Shown: positions 42,051-51,905 of the stretch, one piece after another
How positions within the stretch are numbered: position 1 is the stretch's first letter
Layout of the letters: every line of letters starts with the position of its first letter
Assembly: GCA_964291285.2 (NCBI GenBank)
Contig: OZ219785.1
Span: 672,001-736,000 of the forward strand
From: Alphaproteobacteria bacterium
GTDB taxonomy: Bacteria; Pseudomonadota; Alphaproteobacteria; Bin95
Direction of reading: 5' to 3'
DNA length: 64,000 bases
Notes under the pieces: generated by a model
The model's database searches: none
Told to the model about the DNA's origin: nothing
The model's input: only the letters and a program-made list of their open reading frames with translations
Position numbers and translations under genes: made by a program

Positions 42051-42324
42051 AGTTTATATCCTATATATGTCCTCGAACCCTTAAGGAAACGAACGAGGCC
42101 ATGACCTGACTGTCCGGCGCAAGCGCCCCCTGAGCACCCCGATTCCGCACGCAACCCGGAGGCGGAATGGCGACCCAGTTGCCGGGGCCGCCGGCCGGGA
42201 GGCGCGCGCCGGCGGCGGATCGTTTCATCGAAGCCGGACGGCGGGACGCCGGCAGCGCGCCGGCGGGCGGGCCGGACCGTTCCGTCGAGGCCGGCCGGTT
42301 TTCGAGGCTGCGGCGATGCGGCCG

Positions 42325-42408
42325 TTTACCGAAGCCGCGTCGGCGCGGCGGCTATACGAAAGCCGCGTCGGCGCGGCGGTTATACGAAAGCCGCGTCGGG
42401 GCGGCGGG
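42325..42408 (+). repeat. 28-bp tandem repeat, about 3 units
   Basis: TATACGAAAGCCGCGTCGG(C/G)GCGGCGG at 42353 and 42381; degenerate unit at about 42325. Confidence 0.85.
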
Positions 42409-42418
42409 AGGAGGAGCG

Positions 42419-42856
42419 ATGACGGAGGAAGCCGGGAACGGGCGGACGGGCGCGCTGGGAAAACGGCGGCCCGGCCGCCCGGTCAGCGAGGACCTGCGGG
42501 GCCGGGCGGTCGCGGCGGTGCTGGAAGGCGGCATGAGCGCCGCCGCCGCGGCCCGGCATTTCGGGCTGGGGGAGAGCACGGTCCGCAGCTGGGTCCGGCG
42601 TTTTCGCGAGCGCGGCCATGTGCGGCCCGACCCGATGGGGGGCGGCGTCTCCCGGATCGAGCCGGAGCGGGAGCGGATTTTCCGCCTGCTGGAGGCGCGG
42701 CCGGGACTGTCCGTCCGGGGACTCAGCCGCGCGCTCGCCGAAGAGGGGCTGTCGTTCAGCCCGACCGCCGTGCAGCACTTCCTGAAGCGCCACGGCCTGG
42801 AGCGCCACCGCCGCCTCGCCGGCCTGCGCCGCCGCAAGCGGTGGACCGAACGGTAG
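42419..42856 (+). CDS. Orphan IS630-type HTH protein (no DDE domain)
   Basis: SEDLRGRAVAAVLEGGMSAAAAARHFGLGESTVRSWVRR...P.PMGG...LARALAEEGL...AVQHFLKRHG; GGAGGAG SD; alternative start 42167. Confidence 0.7.
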   Translation: MTEEAGNGRTGALGKRRPGRPVSEDLRGRAVAAVLEGGMSAAAAARHFGLGESTVRSWVRRFRERGHVRPDPMGGGVSRIEPERERIFRLLEARPGLSVRGLSRALAEEGLSFSPTAVQHFLKRHGLERHRRLAGLRRRKRWTER

Positions 42857-42925
42857 AGGCCTCCATGCCCGTGCCGAATGCGCGCATTGCCCGACCGGAG
42901 CACTGGCTACGGGCCGGGCCGGTGC

Positions 42926-44347
42926 TCAGCAGGCGGGGTCCTTCGGGTCGATGGGCAGCAGGCTGTCGAGGCCGGCCGCCTGCTCGAACAGCGCCGCCGC
43001 TTGCAGCAGCTCCGCCTCGCCGCGCGGCCGGGCGACCAGTTGCAGGCCGACGGGGCGCCCGTCCGAGGTGAAGCCGCAGGGGATGCTGATCGCCGGCGAG
43101 GAGGTGACCGTGACCGCGCATTGCAGGCCCATCCAGTCCACGTAGTTGTCGAACACGGTATCGCCGATCCGGTCCACATAGCGCTGGTCCAGCGAATAGG
43201 GCGGCACCGCCGCGGTCGGGCAGGCGAGCAGGTCGAACTCCCGGAAGAACTCGGCCATGCGCAGGAAGAGCGCCGCCCGCCCGGCCTCGGCTTGCGCGAT
43301 GTCGGCCGCGGTGAGCGCCAGGCCCTTTTCGTAGTTCCAGATGATCTCCGGCTTGAATTTGTCGCGATGCGCCTTCATCCGCTCGGCGTGATCGGTGACG
43401 AACAGGACGGCCCGGAAGGTGTGGAAGGCCTCCATGGCGCCGGAAAAGTCCGGTGCACGGTCCTCCACGGCCACGCCCATGCCCTCGAAATGCGCCATGG
43501 CGCGGGCGCAGATGTCGCGCACTTCCGGATCGACCGGCATGAAGCCGAGATCGGCGCTGAAGGCGATGCGGCGGGGCCTGGCGGGCGCGGCCACCGCCTC
43601 GCGGTAGGGCACCGGAGGGGCCGGCCAGGACAGCGGGTCGCGCGGATCGAGCCCGGCCATGACGTCCAGGAAAAGGGCGGCGTCCGCGACATTGCGCGCC
43701 ATCGGGCCGTTCACGGAGAGGTAGTTGAAGCCGCTGTCGGAAGGGCCCCTCGGCACCCGGCCGGGCGACGGGCGCAGACCCACCACCGAGCAGAAGGCGC
43801 CCGGCGTCCGCAGGCTGCCGCCGAGGTCGGACCCGTGCGCGAGCCAGACCTGCCCCGTGGCGAGCGCCACCGCCGCGCCGCCGGAGGAGCCCGCGCAGGT
43901 GAGCGAGGTGTTCCACGGGTTGCGGGTGGCGCCGAACACCTCGTTGAAGGTCTGCCCGCCGGCGCCGAACTCGGGCGTGTTCGATTTCGCGAGCACGACG
44001 CCGCCCGCGGCCTCGATCCGCAGCACGGCGACGTCCGACTCGTCCGGCACATGGTCGGCATAGATCGGCGAGCCGTATGTGGTGCGCACGCCCGCCACGG
44101 GATTCAGGTCCTTGATCGCCACCGGCAGGCCGGCCAGCAGGCCGCGCTCGGCGGGCGCGCGCTCCATCAGCTCGCGGGCCCGGTCGCGCGCGCGTTCCGG
44201 CACGAGGGTCGGCAGCGCATTGACCCGGCCGTCAACCGCCTCTATATGCGCCATCGCGGCGTCGATGGCGTCGAGCGGCGTGATGTCGCCGGCCTTGAGC
44301 CTTGCAACGGTTTCGCGGGCGGTCAGTCGGCAGAGATCGTCGGACAT
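42926..44347 (-). CDS. Amidase signature family protein
   Basis: GLPVAIKDL, AGSSGGAAVA, GSDLGGSLRTP. Confidence 0.9.
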   Translation of the reverse strand: MSDDLCRLTARETVARLKAGDITPLDAIDAAMAHIEAVDGRVNALPTLVPERARDRARELMERAPAERGLLAGLPVAIKDLNPVAGVRTTYGSPIYADHVPDESDVAVLRIEAAGGVVLAKSNTPEFGAGGQTFNEVFGATRNPWNTSLTCAGSSGGAAVALATGQVWLAHGSDLGGSLRTPGAFCSVVGLRPSPGRVPRGPSDSGFNYLSVNGPMARNVADAALFLDVMAGLDPRDPLSWPAPPVPYREAVAAPARPRRIAFSADLGFMPVDPEVRDICARAMAHFEGMGVAVEDRAPDFSGAMEAFHTFRAVLFVTDHAERMKAHRDKFKPEIIWNYEKGLALTAADIAQAEAGRAALFLRMAEFFREFDLLACPTAAVPPYSLDQRYVDRIGDTVFDNYVDWMGLQCAVTVTSSPAISIPCGFTSDGRPVGLQLVARPRGEAELLQAAALFEQAAGLDSLLPIDPKDPAC

Positions 44348-44473
44348 GACATCGGGATCCGGTTCTTCGGGGGGCGGAACCTTACCAATAGTTAAGTGGT
44401 GCGTCGCGGTGCGGTTGGCTATACCCCGCGCCGGCCGGAGCGGCTTGAAGAAGCCGCCGGGATTGGGGATGGA

Positions 44474-45439
44474 ATGTTGGCGCTGGTTACCGCCGAAGGC
44501 CTGACAAAGCGCTTCGATGCGCATGTGGCGGTTGACCGCGTGGACCTCGAGGTCGGCGCGGGCGAGGTGCTGGGGTTCCTCGGCCCCAACGGCGCCGGCA
44601 AGTCCACGACGATGAAGATGATTGCGGGGTTCCTCGCCCCGACCGAGGGCCGCGCGGCGATCTGCGGCCACGATGTGACCGACGATCCGATCCCGGCCCG
44701 GCGCAATCTCGGCTATCTGCCCGAAGGCGCGCCGCTTTACGGCGACATGACCGCCGGCGCGTTTCTCGCCTTCGCGGCGGCCATGCGCGGCCTCTCCGGC
44801 CGGCAGGGCCGGGCCGCCATCGGGCTTGCGGTCGAGCGCACCGACCTCGCAGAGGTGCTGGCCCAGCCCATCGACACGCTGTCCAAGGGGTTCAAGCGCC
44901 GCGTCGGCCTGGCGCAGGCGCTGCTGCACGACCCGCCGGTGCTGATCCTCGACGAGCCCACGGACGGGCTGGACCCGAACCAGAAACACGAAATGCGCGC
45001 GCTCATACGCGAAATCCGTCCCTCGAAGGCCATCGTCATCTCGACCCATATCCTGGAGGAGGTGGATGCCGTCTGCACCCGCGCGGCGGTCATTGCCGGC
45101 GGGCGGATTCTGGCGGATGCCGCGCCGGCGGACCTTGCCGCCCTGTCGCCGCTGCACAATGCCGTTTCGCTGACGCTTGGCGCCCGGTTCGCCGATGCGG
45201 CCGCCGCGTCGCTCGAGGGGCTGGACCGTGTGGCGGCGATCCAGCGCGAGCCGGCGGGCCCGGACGCCGTGAGCCTGACGGCGCTCTCAAGCGACGGCGC
45301 GCCTATCCTCGCGGATGTCGGGCTGCTGGTTCAGGCGCACGGTTGGGCGGTCGGGGACCTGCGGACCGAGACGGGAGCGCTCGACGACGTTTTCCGGCGG
45401 ATGACGCAGCCGGACGCGGAGGCGGCGGAGCATGGCTAA
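44474..45439 (+). CDS. ABC transporter ATP-binding protein (GldA-like)
   Basis: GPNGAGKST, LSKGFKRR, ILDEPT. Confidence 0.88.
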   Translation: MLALVTAEGLTKRFDAHVAVDRVDLEVGAGEVLGFLGPNGAGKSTTMKMIAGFLAPTEGRAAICGHDVTDDPIPARRNLGYLPEGAPLYGDMTAGAFLAFAAAMRGLSGRQGRAAIGLAVERTDLAEVLAQPIDTLSKGFKRRVGLAQALLHDPPVLILDEPTDGLDPNQKHEMRALIREIRPSKAIVISTHILEEVDAVCTRAAVIAGGRILADAAPADLAALSPLHNAVSLTLGARFADAAAASLEGLDRVAAIQREPAGPDAVSLTALSSDGAPILADVGLLVQAHGWAVGDLRTETGALDDVFRRMTQPDAEAAEHG

Positions 45440-46166
45440 CATCGGCACTATCTTCCGCCGGGAGTTCGCCGGCTACTTCATCACCCCGGTCGCCTATGTC
45501 TTCATCGTCATCTTCCTGGCGCTTGCGGCGGCGCTGACCTTCTATGTTGGCTCCTTCTTCGAGCGCGGGCGGGCGGACCTCCTGTCCTTCTTCCAGTGGC
45601 ACCCCTGGCTCTACCTCTTCTTCATGCCGGCGATCTCGATGCGGCTCTGGGCCGAGGAGCGCAAGACGGGCACCATCGAGCTCTTCCTGACCCTGCCGGT
45701 CTCGACAACCGCTGCGGTGGTCGGGAAATTCCTGGCGGCCTGGGTCTTTGCCGGGCTCGCGCTGGCGCTGACATTCCCGATCTGGCTCACCGTCAACTAT
45801 CTCGGCGAGCCGGACAACGGGGTCATCGCCGCCAGCTATATCGGCTCCTTCCTGCTGGCGGGCGCCTATCTCGCCATCGGTTCCTGCCTTTCCGCGCTGA
45901 CCAGGAACCAGGTGATCGCCTTTGTGCTCACAGTGACCGTCTGCTTCCTGTTCAACGTGCTGGGGGCGGGGGTTCTGCAGCCGGTGCTCGGCGACGCCGT
46001 GCCGGCGGAGTTCCTGGAGACGCTCGCCTCCTTCAGCCTGCTCAGCCACTTCAACAATATCGTCAAGGGCGTGATAGACCTGCGCGACCTTGCCTATTAC
46101 GCGCTTGCAATCGGCGTCTGGCTGGCCGCGGCCGCCATCACCGTGGACCTCAAGAAGGCGGACTGA
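45432..46166 (+). CDS. ABC-2 permease (GldF-like)
   Basis: YFITPVAYVF, MRLWAEERKTGTIELFLTLP. Confidence 0.88.
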   Translation: MANIGTIFRREFAGYFITPVAYVFIVIFLALAAALTFYVGSFFERGRADLLSFFQWHPWLYLFFMPAISMRLWAEERKTGTIELFLTLPVSTTAAVVGKFLAAWVFAGLALALTFPIWLTVNYLGEPDNGVIAASYIGSFLLAGAYLAIGSCLSALTRNQVIAFVLTVTVCFLFNVLGAGVLQPVLGDAVPAEFLETLASFSLLSHFNNIVKGVIDLRDLAYYALAIGVWLAAAAITVDLKKAD

Positions 46167-46170
46167 GGCG

Positions 46171-48147
46171 ATGGAGCGTTTCCGGCAACGCAACCTGTTC
46201 GCCAGGCTGGCGCTGGTCCTGCTGGCGGTCCTGTTCGTGGCCGGGGTCAGCCTGTCGGACCGGCTGTTGCGCCACGCCCGCCTCGACCTGACCGAAGAGG
46301 GCGCCTTCACGCTTGCGGAGGACTCCAAGCGGGTCGTCCGGGAGATCGACGAGCCGATCGTGCTCCGCTTCTACTTCTCCAGCCGGATCGCGCGGGAAAT
46401 CCCTCAGGTGGGGGTCTATGCGCGCCATGTGCGCGACCTTCTGGAGGAATTCGCCACGCATTCCGACGGCAGGATCGACCTCCAGATATTCGACCCCGAA
46501 CCGTTCACCGACGCCGAAGACCGGGCCGACTCATTCGGCCTCCAGGGGCTGCCGGTGGACCGCTCGGGCGAGCGGGTGTTCTTCGGCCTCGCCGGCACCA
46601 ACTCGACCGACGATGTCGAGCTGATCCCGTTTTTCGACGAGAGCCGGGAGCGCGACCTCGAATACGACATCGCCCGCATCGTCTATAGCCTCGCCAACCC
46701 GGAATTGCCGGCCGTGGGGCTGATAACCGGCCTTCCGATCGCGGGCTCGCCGATGTCCCAGTCGGGCCGGGGCCGGAACGACGCCTGGACGATCTACAAC
46801 CTGCTGCTCAAGTCGGTGGATGTGCGCCAGATCGTCAGCACGGCCACGTCGGTGCCGGAGGGCGTGGATGTCGTGGTGCTCGTGCATCCCAAAGGGCTCA
46901 CCGACGAAACCCTCTACGCGCTCGACCAATTCGTGCTCCGCGGCGGCAGGCTGCTCGTCTTCGTGGACCCGCACTCCGAAGGCGAGGCGCAGAACCCGGA
47001 ACTCCTCCGCCGCGGCATGCCGCCCGGAGGGTTCGCCTCCAATCTCGGTCGGCTGTTCGAGGCCTGGGGCATCGAGATGCCGGCAGGCGAACTGGCGGGC
47101 GATGTCGGTTTCGCGCGCCGGGTGCAGGTGCCCGACCGGTCCAGGACGCGGTTGATGGCAATTGACTATCCGCTGTGGCTCGGCGTCGACAAGACGGGAA
47201 TTTCCCGCGAGGATTCGATTGCGAACGAACTTTCGCTGCTGAATATCGCGTCTCCCGGCCATATCCGGACGCTCGAGAGCGCCGGGGCCACGGTGACGCC
47301 GCTGGTGACCACCTCCAAGGACGGCGGCACCGTGCCGGTATCGCTCGTCCAGGGACCGGCCGATCCGGTCGCGGTGCTCCATGCCTTCGAGCCGGCCGAA
47401 GCGCCGCTGGTGCTCGCCGCGAGGTTGTCGGGCGAGGTGGAGAGCGCGTTTCCGGACGGGCTGCCGGAACCGAAGCCGAAGGACAGCGGGGAACAGGCGG
47501 CCGAAGGTGAAGAGGCGGAGATCGACGAAGAGGCCATGGCCGCATGGGAGGCCCTGAAGGCGGCCCATCTGGCGCGGTCCGCGGCGCCGATGGACGTCAT
47601 TGCGGTGGCCGATGTCGATATGCTCGCCGACCCGATGTGGATGGTCGCAAGCCGGTTCGACGGCGGGCTTACCGGCCAGGCGGTGGCCGACAATGCGGCC
47701 TTCTTCCTGAATGCGGTCGAAAACATGACCGGCCGCGACGACCTCTCGTCGCTGCGCTCCCGCGGCAGTTTCCAGCGCCCCTTCACCCTGGTGGAGAGAA
47801 TCCGGCGCGAGGCGGAAAACAAGCACCGCAAGAAGGAAAAGGAATTGCTGGACCGCCTGGAGGAGGCAATGGGGCGGCTGAACCAGCTCGAGAGGGACTC
47901 CGCGGCCGAGGAACAGGTGGTGTTGACGGCATCCCAGGCCGACTCGCTCAAGACCATGCGCGCCGACGTGATCCGCCTTCGCCGCGAGCTGCGCGATGTC
48001 CAGCACCGCCTGCGCCGCGATGTCGAGGCGCTGACCTCCTGGCTCGAACTCGTCAACATCGCTCTCGTCCCGGCTCTGGTGGCCGTATTCGCGGCGGTCG
48101 TCGCCTGGGCCCGGCGCGCCCGCCGGCGCCCGGTGCAGGAGGGTTAG
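46171..48147 (+). CDS. GldG-family ABC auxiliary component
   Basis: RLDLTEEGAFTL, EYDIAR, DQFVLRGGRLLVFVDP; N- and C-terminal TM helices. Confidence 0.85.
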   Translation: MERFRQRNLFARLALVLLAVLFVAGVSLSDRLLRHARLDLTEEGAFTLAEDSKRVVREIDEPIVLRFYFSSRIAREIPQVGVYARHVRDLLEEFATHSDGRIDLQIFDPEPFTDAEDRADSFGLQGLPVDRSGERVFFGLAGTNSTDDVELIPFFDESRERDLEYDIARIVYSLANPELPAVGLITGLPIAGSPMSQSGRGRNDAWTIYNLLLKSVDVRQIVSTATSVPEGVDVVVLVHPKGLTDETLYALDQFVLRGGRLLVFVDPHSEGEAQNPELLRRGMPPGGFASNLGRLFEAWGIEMPAGELAGDVGFARRVQVPDRSRTRLMAIDYPLWLGVDKTGISREDSIANELSLLNIASPGHIRTLESAGATVTPLVTTSKDGGTVPVSLVQGPADPVAVLHAFEPAEAPLVLAARLSGEVESAFPDGLPEPKPKDSGEQAAEGEEAEIDEEAMAAWEALKAAHLARSAAPMDVIAVADVDMLADPMWMVASRFDGGLTGQAVADNAAFFLNAVENMTGRDDLSSLRSRGSFQRPFTLVERIRREAENKHRKKEKELLDRLEEAMGRLNQLERDSAAEEQVVLTASQADSLKTMRADVIRLRRELRDVQHRLRRDVEALTSWLELVNIALVPALVAVFAAVVAWARRARRRPVQEG

Positions 48148-48155
48148 CGACGCGC

Positions 48156-49274
48156 ATGAAACTACGCAGTTTCCTGATCCTGCTGATTCTGACGGCTGCC
48201 GCGGCCGCGGCAGCCATCGGCGTTCTGGTGGACGAGCGCGTCCGCAGCGGCGACCCGGCTGTTGGCGCCATGCTGTATCCCGGCCTGCTGGAGCGCGTGA
48301 ACGACATCGACTTCGTCGAGGTTTCCACGACGGCGGACGGCACCGTGTCGGCCCGGCGCGAGGGCGGGCGCTGGGGCGTGGTGCAGCGCCACGGCTATCC
48401 CGCCGACTTCAGGATGCTGAGCCGGATGCTCTACGACCTCGCACGCATCGAACTGATCGAGCCGCGCACCAGCAAGCCCGCGCTCTATCCGAAGATCCGG
48501 GTGGAGGACCTGGGAGACAGGAGCGCGCTTTCCATCCGGATCGTGGCGAAAGCGGGCGGTGAGACGGCGGCGGACCTGCTGGTCGGCCTGGCGCGCCCGG
48601 AAGAGGCGGGCGGCGGCGTCTTCCTGCGCAGGAGCGGCGAGGCGCAATCCTGGCTCGCCAAGGGCGGTTTCCAGCCGGTGCAGCTGCTCACCCGCTTTCT
48701 CGACCGCAATATCTGCAATGTGGAGCAGCGCCGCCTCCATCGCACCCGCCTGACCCATGCCGACGGCGAGACGGTCACGGTCTCGAAGGCCGGGCCGGAA
48801 GAGACCGTCTGGACCCTCGAAGAGCCGCCGGGCGAGGGGCGGAAGGTGAAGGCGACCCACGAGCTGTCGCCGCTGACGAGCTGGCTCGATTTCCTGATCT
48901 TCGACGATGTGCGCCCGGCCGCCGAAGTGGACTTCTCGAAGCCGCTGGTCTCCGGCCGGTTCGTCACCTTCGACGGACTCGTCGTCGAGGTGAAGATGGC
49001 CGCGCAGGACGGTGATTACTGGGTGGTGCTGGCCGCATCGCCGGGGACGGCGGACCCGCGCGTGCAGCCCCTGCTGGACGCGCGCAGGACGATGGATGCG
49101 GACAAGCTCGAGGGCTCGCTCCAGATGGCGCTGAAAACGCCGGACGAAGTCGCGGCCGAGATCGGCAAGATCAACGCCACCGCCGGCGGCTGGGCCTACC
49201 GCGTCACCGACTACAAGACGGACAAGTTCCGCACCCGCCTCGCCCAGCTCACGGAAGCCGCCGGCGAGAGTTAG
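48156..49274 (+). CDS. DUF4340 domain protein
   Basis: N-terminal TM helix, GYPAD motif; usual fourth gene of Gld-like ABC clusters. Confidence 0.75.
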   Translation: MKLRSFLILLILTAAAAAAAIGVLVDERVRSGDPAVGAMLYPGLLERVNDIDFVEVSTTADGTVSARREGGRWGVVQRHGYPADFRMLSRMLYDLARIELIEPRTSKPALYPKIRVEDLGDRSALSIRIVAKAGGETAADLLVGLARPEEAGGGVFLRRSGEAQSWLAKGGFQPVQLLTRFLDRNICNVEQRRLHRTRLTHADGETVTVSKAGPEETVWTLEEPPGEGRKVKATHELSPLTSWLDFLIFDDVRPAAEVDFSKPLVSGRFVTFDGLVVEVKMAAQDGDYWVVLAASPGTADPRVQPLLDARRTMDADKLEGSLQMALKTPDEVAAEIGKINATAGGWAYRVTDYKTDKFRTRLAQLTEAAGES

Positions 49275-50001
49275 CCTCGCCGCGGGCTATGTCGAGGAAC
49301 ACCTCCTCCATGTTGCGCCGCCCGTAGCGGGCGATCAGCGCGTCCGGGGCGCCCCGGTCCACCAGCCGCCCGTCCTTCATCATCAGCACGTCGCGGCAGA
49401 GCCGCTCCACCTCCAGCATGTTGTGCGAGGCGAGCAGGATGGTGGCGCCGGTCCGCCGCACATAGGCGGCGAGATAGGAGCGCGCCCAATCGGCGGTCTC
49501 GGGGTCGAGCGAGGCGGTCGGCTCGTCGAGCAGCAGGAGCTGCGGCTCGTTCACCAGCGCCTTGGCGAGCGCGAGGCGGGATTTCTGGCCGGCGGAGAGG
49601 GTGCGCGTGCGTTGTTTCAGCAGCGGGGTGAGCTCCAGCGCTTCGGCCAGCTCCCGCACATGCCGGCCCGCCCGCGCCACGCCGTAGAGGCGCGCATAGA
49701 CCAGCAGGTTCTCCTCCGCCGTCAGCCGGCCGGGAAGCTCGACATAGGGGGAGGAGAAGTTCATGCGCTCCAGCGCCCGGTAGCGGTCGCGGGTCATGTC
49801 GGCGCCGAGCGCGTGCACCGTCCCGGAGGTCGGCAGCAGCAGGCCGAGCAGCATGGCGATCGTGGTCGTCTTGCCGGCGCCGTTGCCGCCGAGCAGCGCG
49901 ACGATGCCGCCATGCTCGAGATCGAAGGTCAGCCCGTCCACGGCCTTCACGGACCCGAATTCCTTCGAGAGGTCGCGCACCGAGACGGCCCATTCGCTCA
50001 T
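49249..50001 (-). CDS. ABC transporter ATP-binding protein
   Basis: GGNGAGKTT, LSAGQKSR, LLDEPTASLDP. Confidence 0.88.
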   Translation of the reverse strand: MSEWAVSVRDLSKEFGSVKAVDGLTFDLEHGGIVALLGGNGAGKTTTIAMLLGLLLPTSGTVHALGADMTRDRYRALERMNFSSPYVELPGRLTAEENLLVYARLYGVARAGRHVRELAEALELTPLLKQRTRTLSAGQKSRLALAKALVNEPQLLLLDEPTASLDPETADWARSYLAAYVRRTGATILLASHNMLEVERLCRDVLMMKDGRLVDRGAPDALIARYGRRNMEEVFLDIARGEANSRRRLP

Positions 50002-50045
50002 GCTATGTTTCCCTCTCCGACATCAGCGGGGAGCGCCCGCCGCCC

Positions 50046-51344
50046 ATGAAGGTTTTAGAGCCCGCGCCGCCCCGGGGCGAGACCGGCATCGTGCAGACGC
50101 GCACCCTGGTGCTGATTCGCTGGGTTGCGGTGGCGGGGCAGGCGGGCACGGTGCTGGTCGTCCATTTCGGCTTCGGGTACCGGCTGCCGATCGAGGCGGC
50201 GGCGGCGGTCATCGCGATGTCGGCGGTCGTCAACCTGTATGCAAGCCTGCACCACCGCGCCGGGGCCGGCCTTCCGGAGCCGCAGGCCTTCGGCTTCCTC
50301 GCCTTCGACACGCTGCAGCTCGCCCTGCTGCTGTTCCTCACGGGCGGCCTCCAGAACCCGTTCGCGCTGCTGCTGCTGGCGCCGGTGACGGTGGCGGCGT
50401 CGGTGCTGTCGAGGGCAAGCTGCATCAAGCTCGTGGTGCTGGCCGGGGCGGCCGCCAGCGCGCTGTCGGTCTGGCATCTGCCGCTGCCCTGGGACGGGCC
50501 GCCGCCCACCATGCCGGCGGAGCTGGTGCTGGGCATATGGTTCGCCACCATCACCGCCATCGCCTTCCTCGCCGTCTATGTGGGGCAGGTGGCGATCGAG
50601 CGGCGCCGGATGACCGATGCGGTCTCGGCCGCGCAGGATGCGCTGGCGCGCGAACAGCGCGTCGCCGATCTCGGCACGCTGGCCGCGGCCGCGGCGCATG
50701 AGCTCGGCACGCCGCTCGCGACCATCACCGTCATCGCCTCGGAGCTCGCGCGCGAAGTGCCGGCGGACAGCCCGCTCGCCGAGGATGCGCACCTGCTGAA
50801 GAGCCAGGCCGAACGCTGCAAGGCGATCCTGACGGAGCTGTCGCGCCGCCCGGACGCGCGCGGCGCCTCCTATCTCCGCATGCCCTTGACGGCGCTGATC
50901 GAGAGCATGGCGGACCCGCACCGGCGCGAGGCGGTCGATCTCGCCATTCTCGGCCGCGCGCGCGACGACACGGCCGAGCCGGCCCTGGAGCGCCGTCCGG
51001 AACTGGTGAACGGCCTCGGCAACATCCTGTCCAACGCGCTCCAATTCGCCCGCAGCCGCGTGGTCGCCTCCATCGTCTGGGACGCCGAGCGGGTCGCCGT
51101 GACGATCTCGGACGACGGGCCCGGCTTCCCCGCGGCGCTGCTGGGCCGCCTCGGCGAGCCCTACCTTTCCACGAGGCGGGGCAGCGACGGCCATATGGGC
51201 CTCGGCATCTTCATTGCGCGCACGCTGCTGGAGCGCACGGGCGCCGACGTCACCTTCCTCAACCGGCCCCAGGGCGGCGCGGAGGTTGAGGTGTTGTGGC
51301 CTCGCGTGATACTTGAACCTTCAAGCATGGGTGGGGAGCGATGA
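50046..51344 (+). CDS. regB: RegB/PrrB/ActS redox-sensing histidine kinase
   Basis: TGGLQNPF quinone-binding motif, AAHELGTPLATI, ERCK redox Cys, GMGLG-like box. Confidence 0.92.
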   Translation: MKVLEPAPPRGETGIVQTRTLVLIRWVAVAGQAGTVLVVHFGFGYRLPIEAAAAVIAMSAVVNLYASLHHRAGAGLPEPQAFGFLAFDTLQLALLLFLTGGLQNPFALLLLAPVTVAASVLSRASCIKLVVLAGAAASALSVWHLPLPWDGPPPTMPAELVLGIWFATITAIAFLAVYVGQVAIERRRMTDAVSAAQDALAREQRVADLGTLAAAAAHELGTPLATITVIASELAREVPADSPLAEDAHLLKSQAERCKAILTELSRRPDARGASYLRMPLTALIESMADPHRREAVDLAILGRARDDTAEPALERRPELVNGLGNILSNALQFARSRVVASIVWDAERVAVTISDDGPGFPAALLGRLGEPYLSTRRGSDGHMGLGIFIARTLLERTGADVTFLNRPQGGAEVEVLWPRVILEPSSMGGER

Positions 51345-51892
51345 ACGAACAGCAAGGCTCCGGCGACGCCGGCACACTTCTTCTGGTCGATGACGACCCG
51401 CCCTTCCTGAACCGCCTGGCGCGGGCGATGGAACGGCGCGGCTTCGACGTGCGCACGGCCGGCTCGGTGTCGGACGGCAAGGCGGCGGTGGACATCGACC
51501 CGCCCGATTACGCCGTGGTCGATCTTCGGCTCGGCGACGGCAGCGGCGTCGATGTCGTCTCGCACCTGCAGACCGTGCGCCCCGAGAGCCGCGCGATCAT
51601 CCTCACCGGCTATGGCAATATCGCGACCGCGGTGGCGGCCGTGAAGGTCGGCGCCATCGACTACCTGCCGAAACCGGCCGACGCCGACGCCATCGAGACG
51701 GCGCTGAAGCACATGGGCGCGGACCCGCCGGGACCCCCGGAGCTGCCGATGTCGCCCGACCGGGTGCGCTGGGAGCATATCCAGCGCATCTACGAGCAGT
51801 GCGGGCGCAACGTCTCGGAGACCGCACGGCGGCTGCGCATGCACCGCCGCACCCTCCAGCGCATCCTCGCCAAATACGCCCCCAGGGAATAG
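51341..51892 (+). CDS. regA: RegA/PrrA/ActR response regulator
   Basis: LTGYGNIATAV, PMSPDRVRWEHIQRIYE.C.RNVSETARRLRMHRRTLQRIL. Confidence 0.95.
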   Translation: MNEQQGSGDAGTLLLVDDDPPFLNRLARAMERRGFDVRTAGSVSDGKAAVDIDPPDYAVVDLRLGDGSGVDVVSHLQTVRPESRAIILTGYGNIATAVAAVKVGAIDYLPKPADADAIETALKHMGADPPGPPELPMSPDRVRWEHIQRIYEQCGRNVSETARRLRMHRRTLQRILAKYAPRE

Positions 51893-51905
51893 CACCCGCC
51901 GCCCC

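Noticed and set aside
42325-42408. 28-bp repeats as a CRISPR array
   Set aside because: Units are directly adjacent with no unique spacers, and there are no cas genes nearby
44474-49274. Gliding motility system
   Set aside because: GldA/F/G-like ABC clusters with DUF4340 are widespread in non-gliding proteobacteria, and no other gld/spr genes are present
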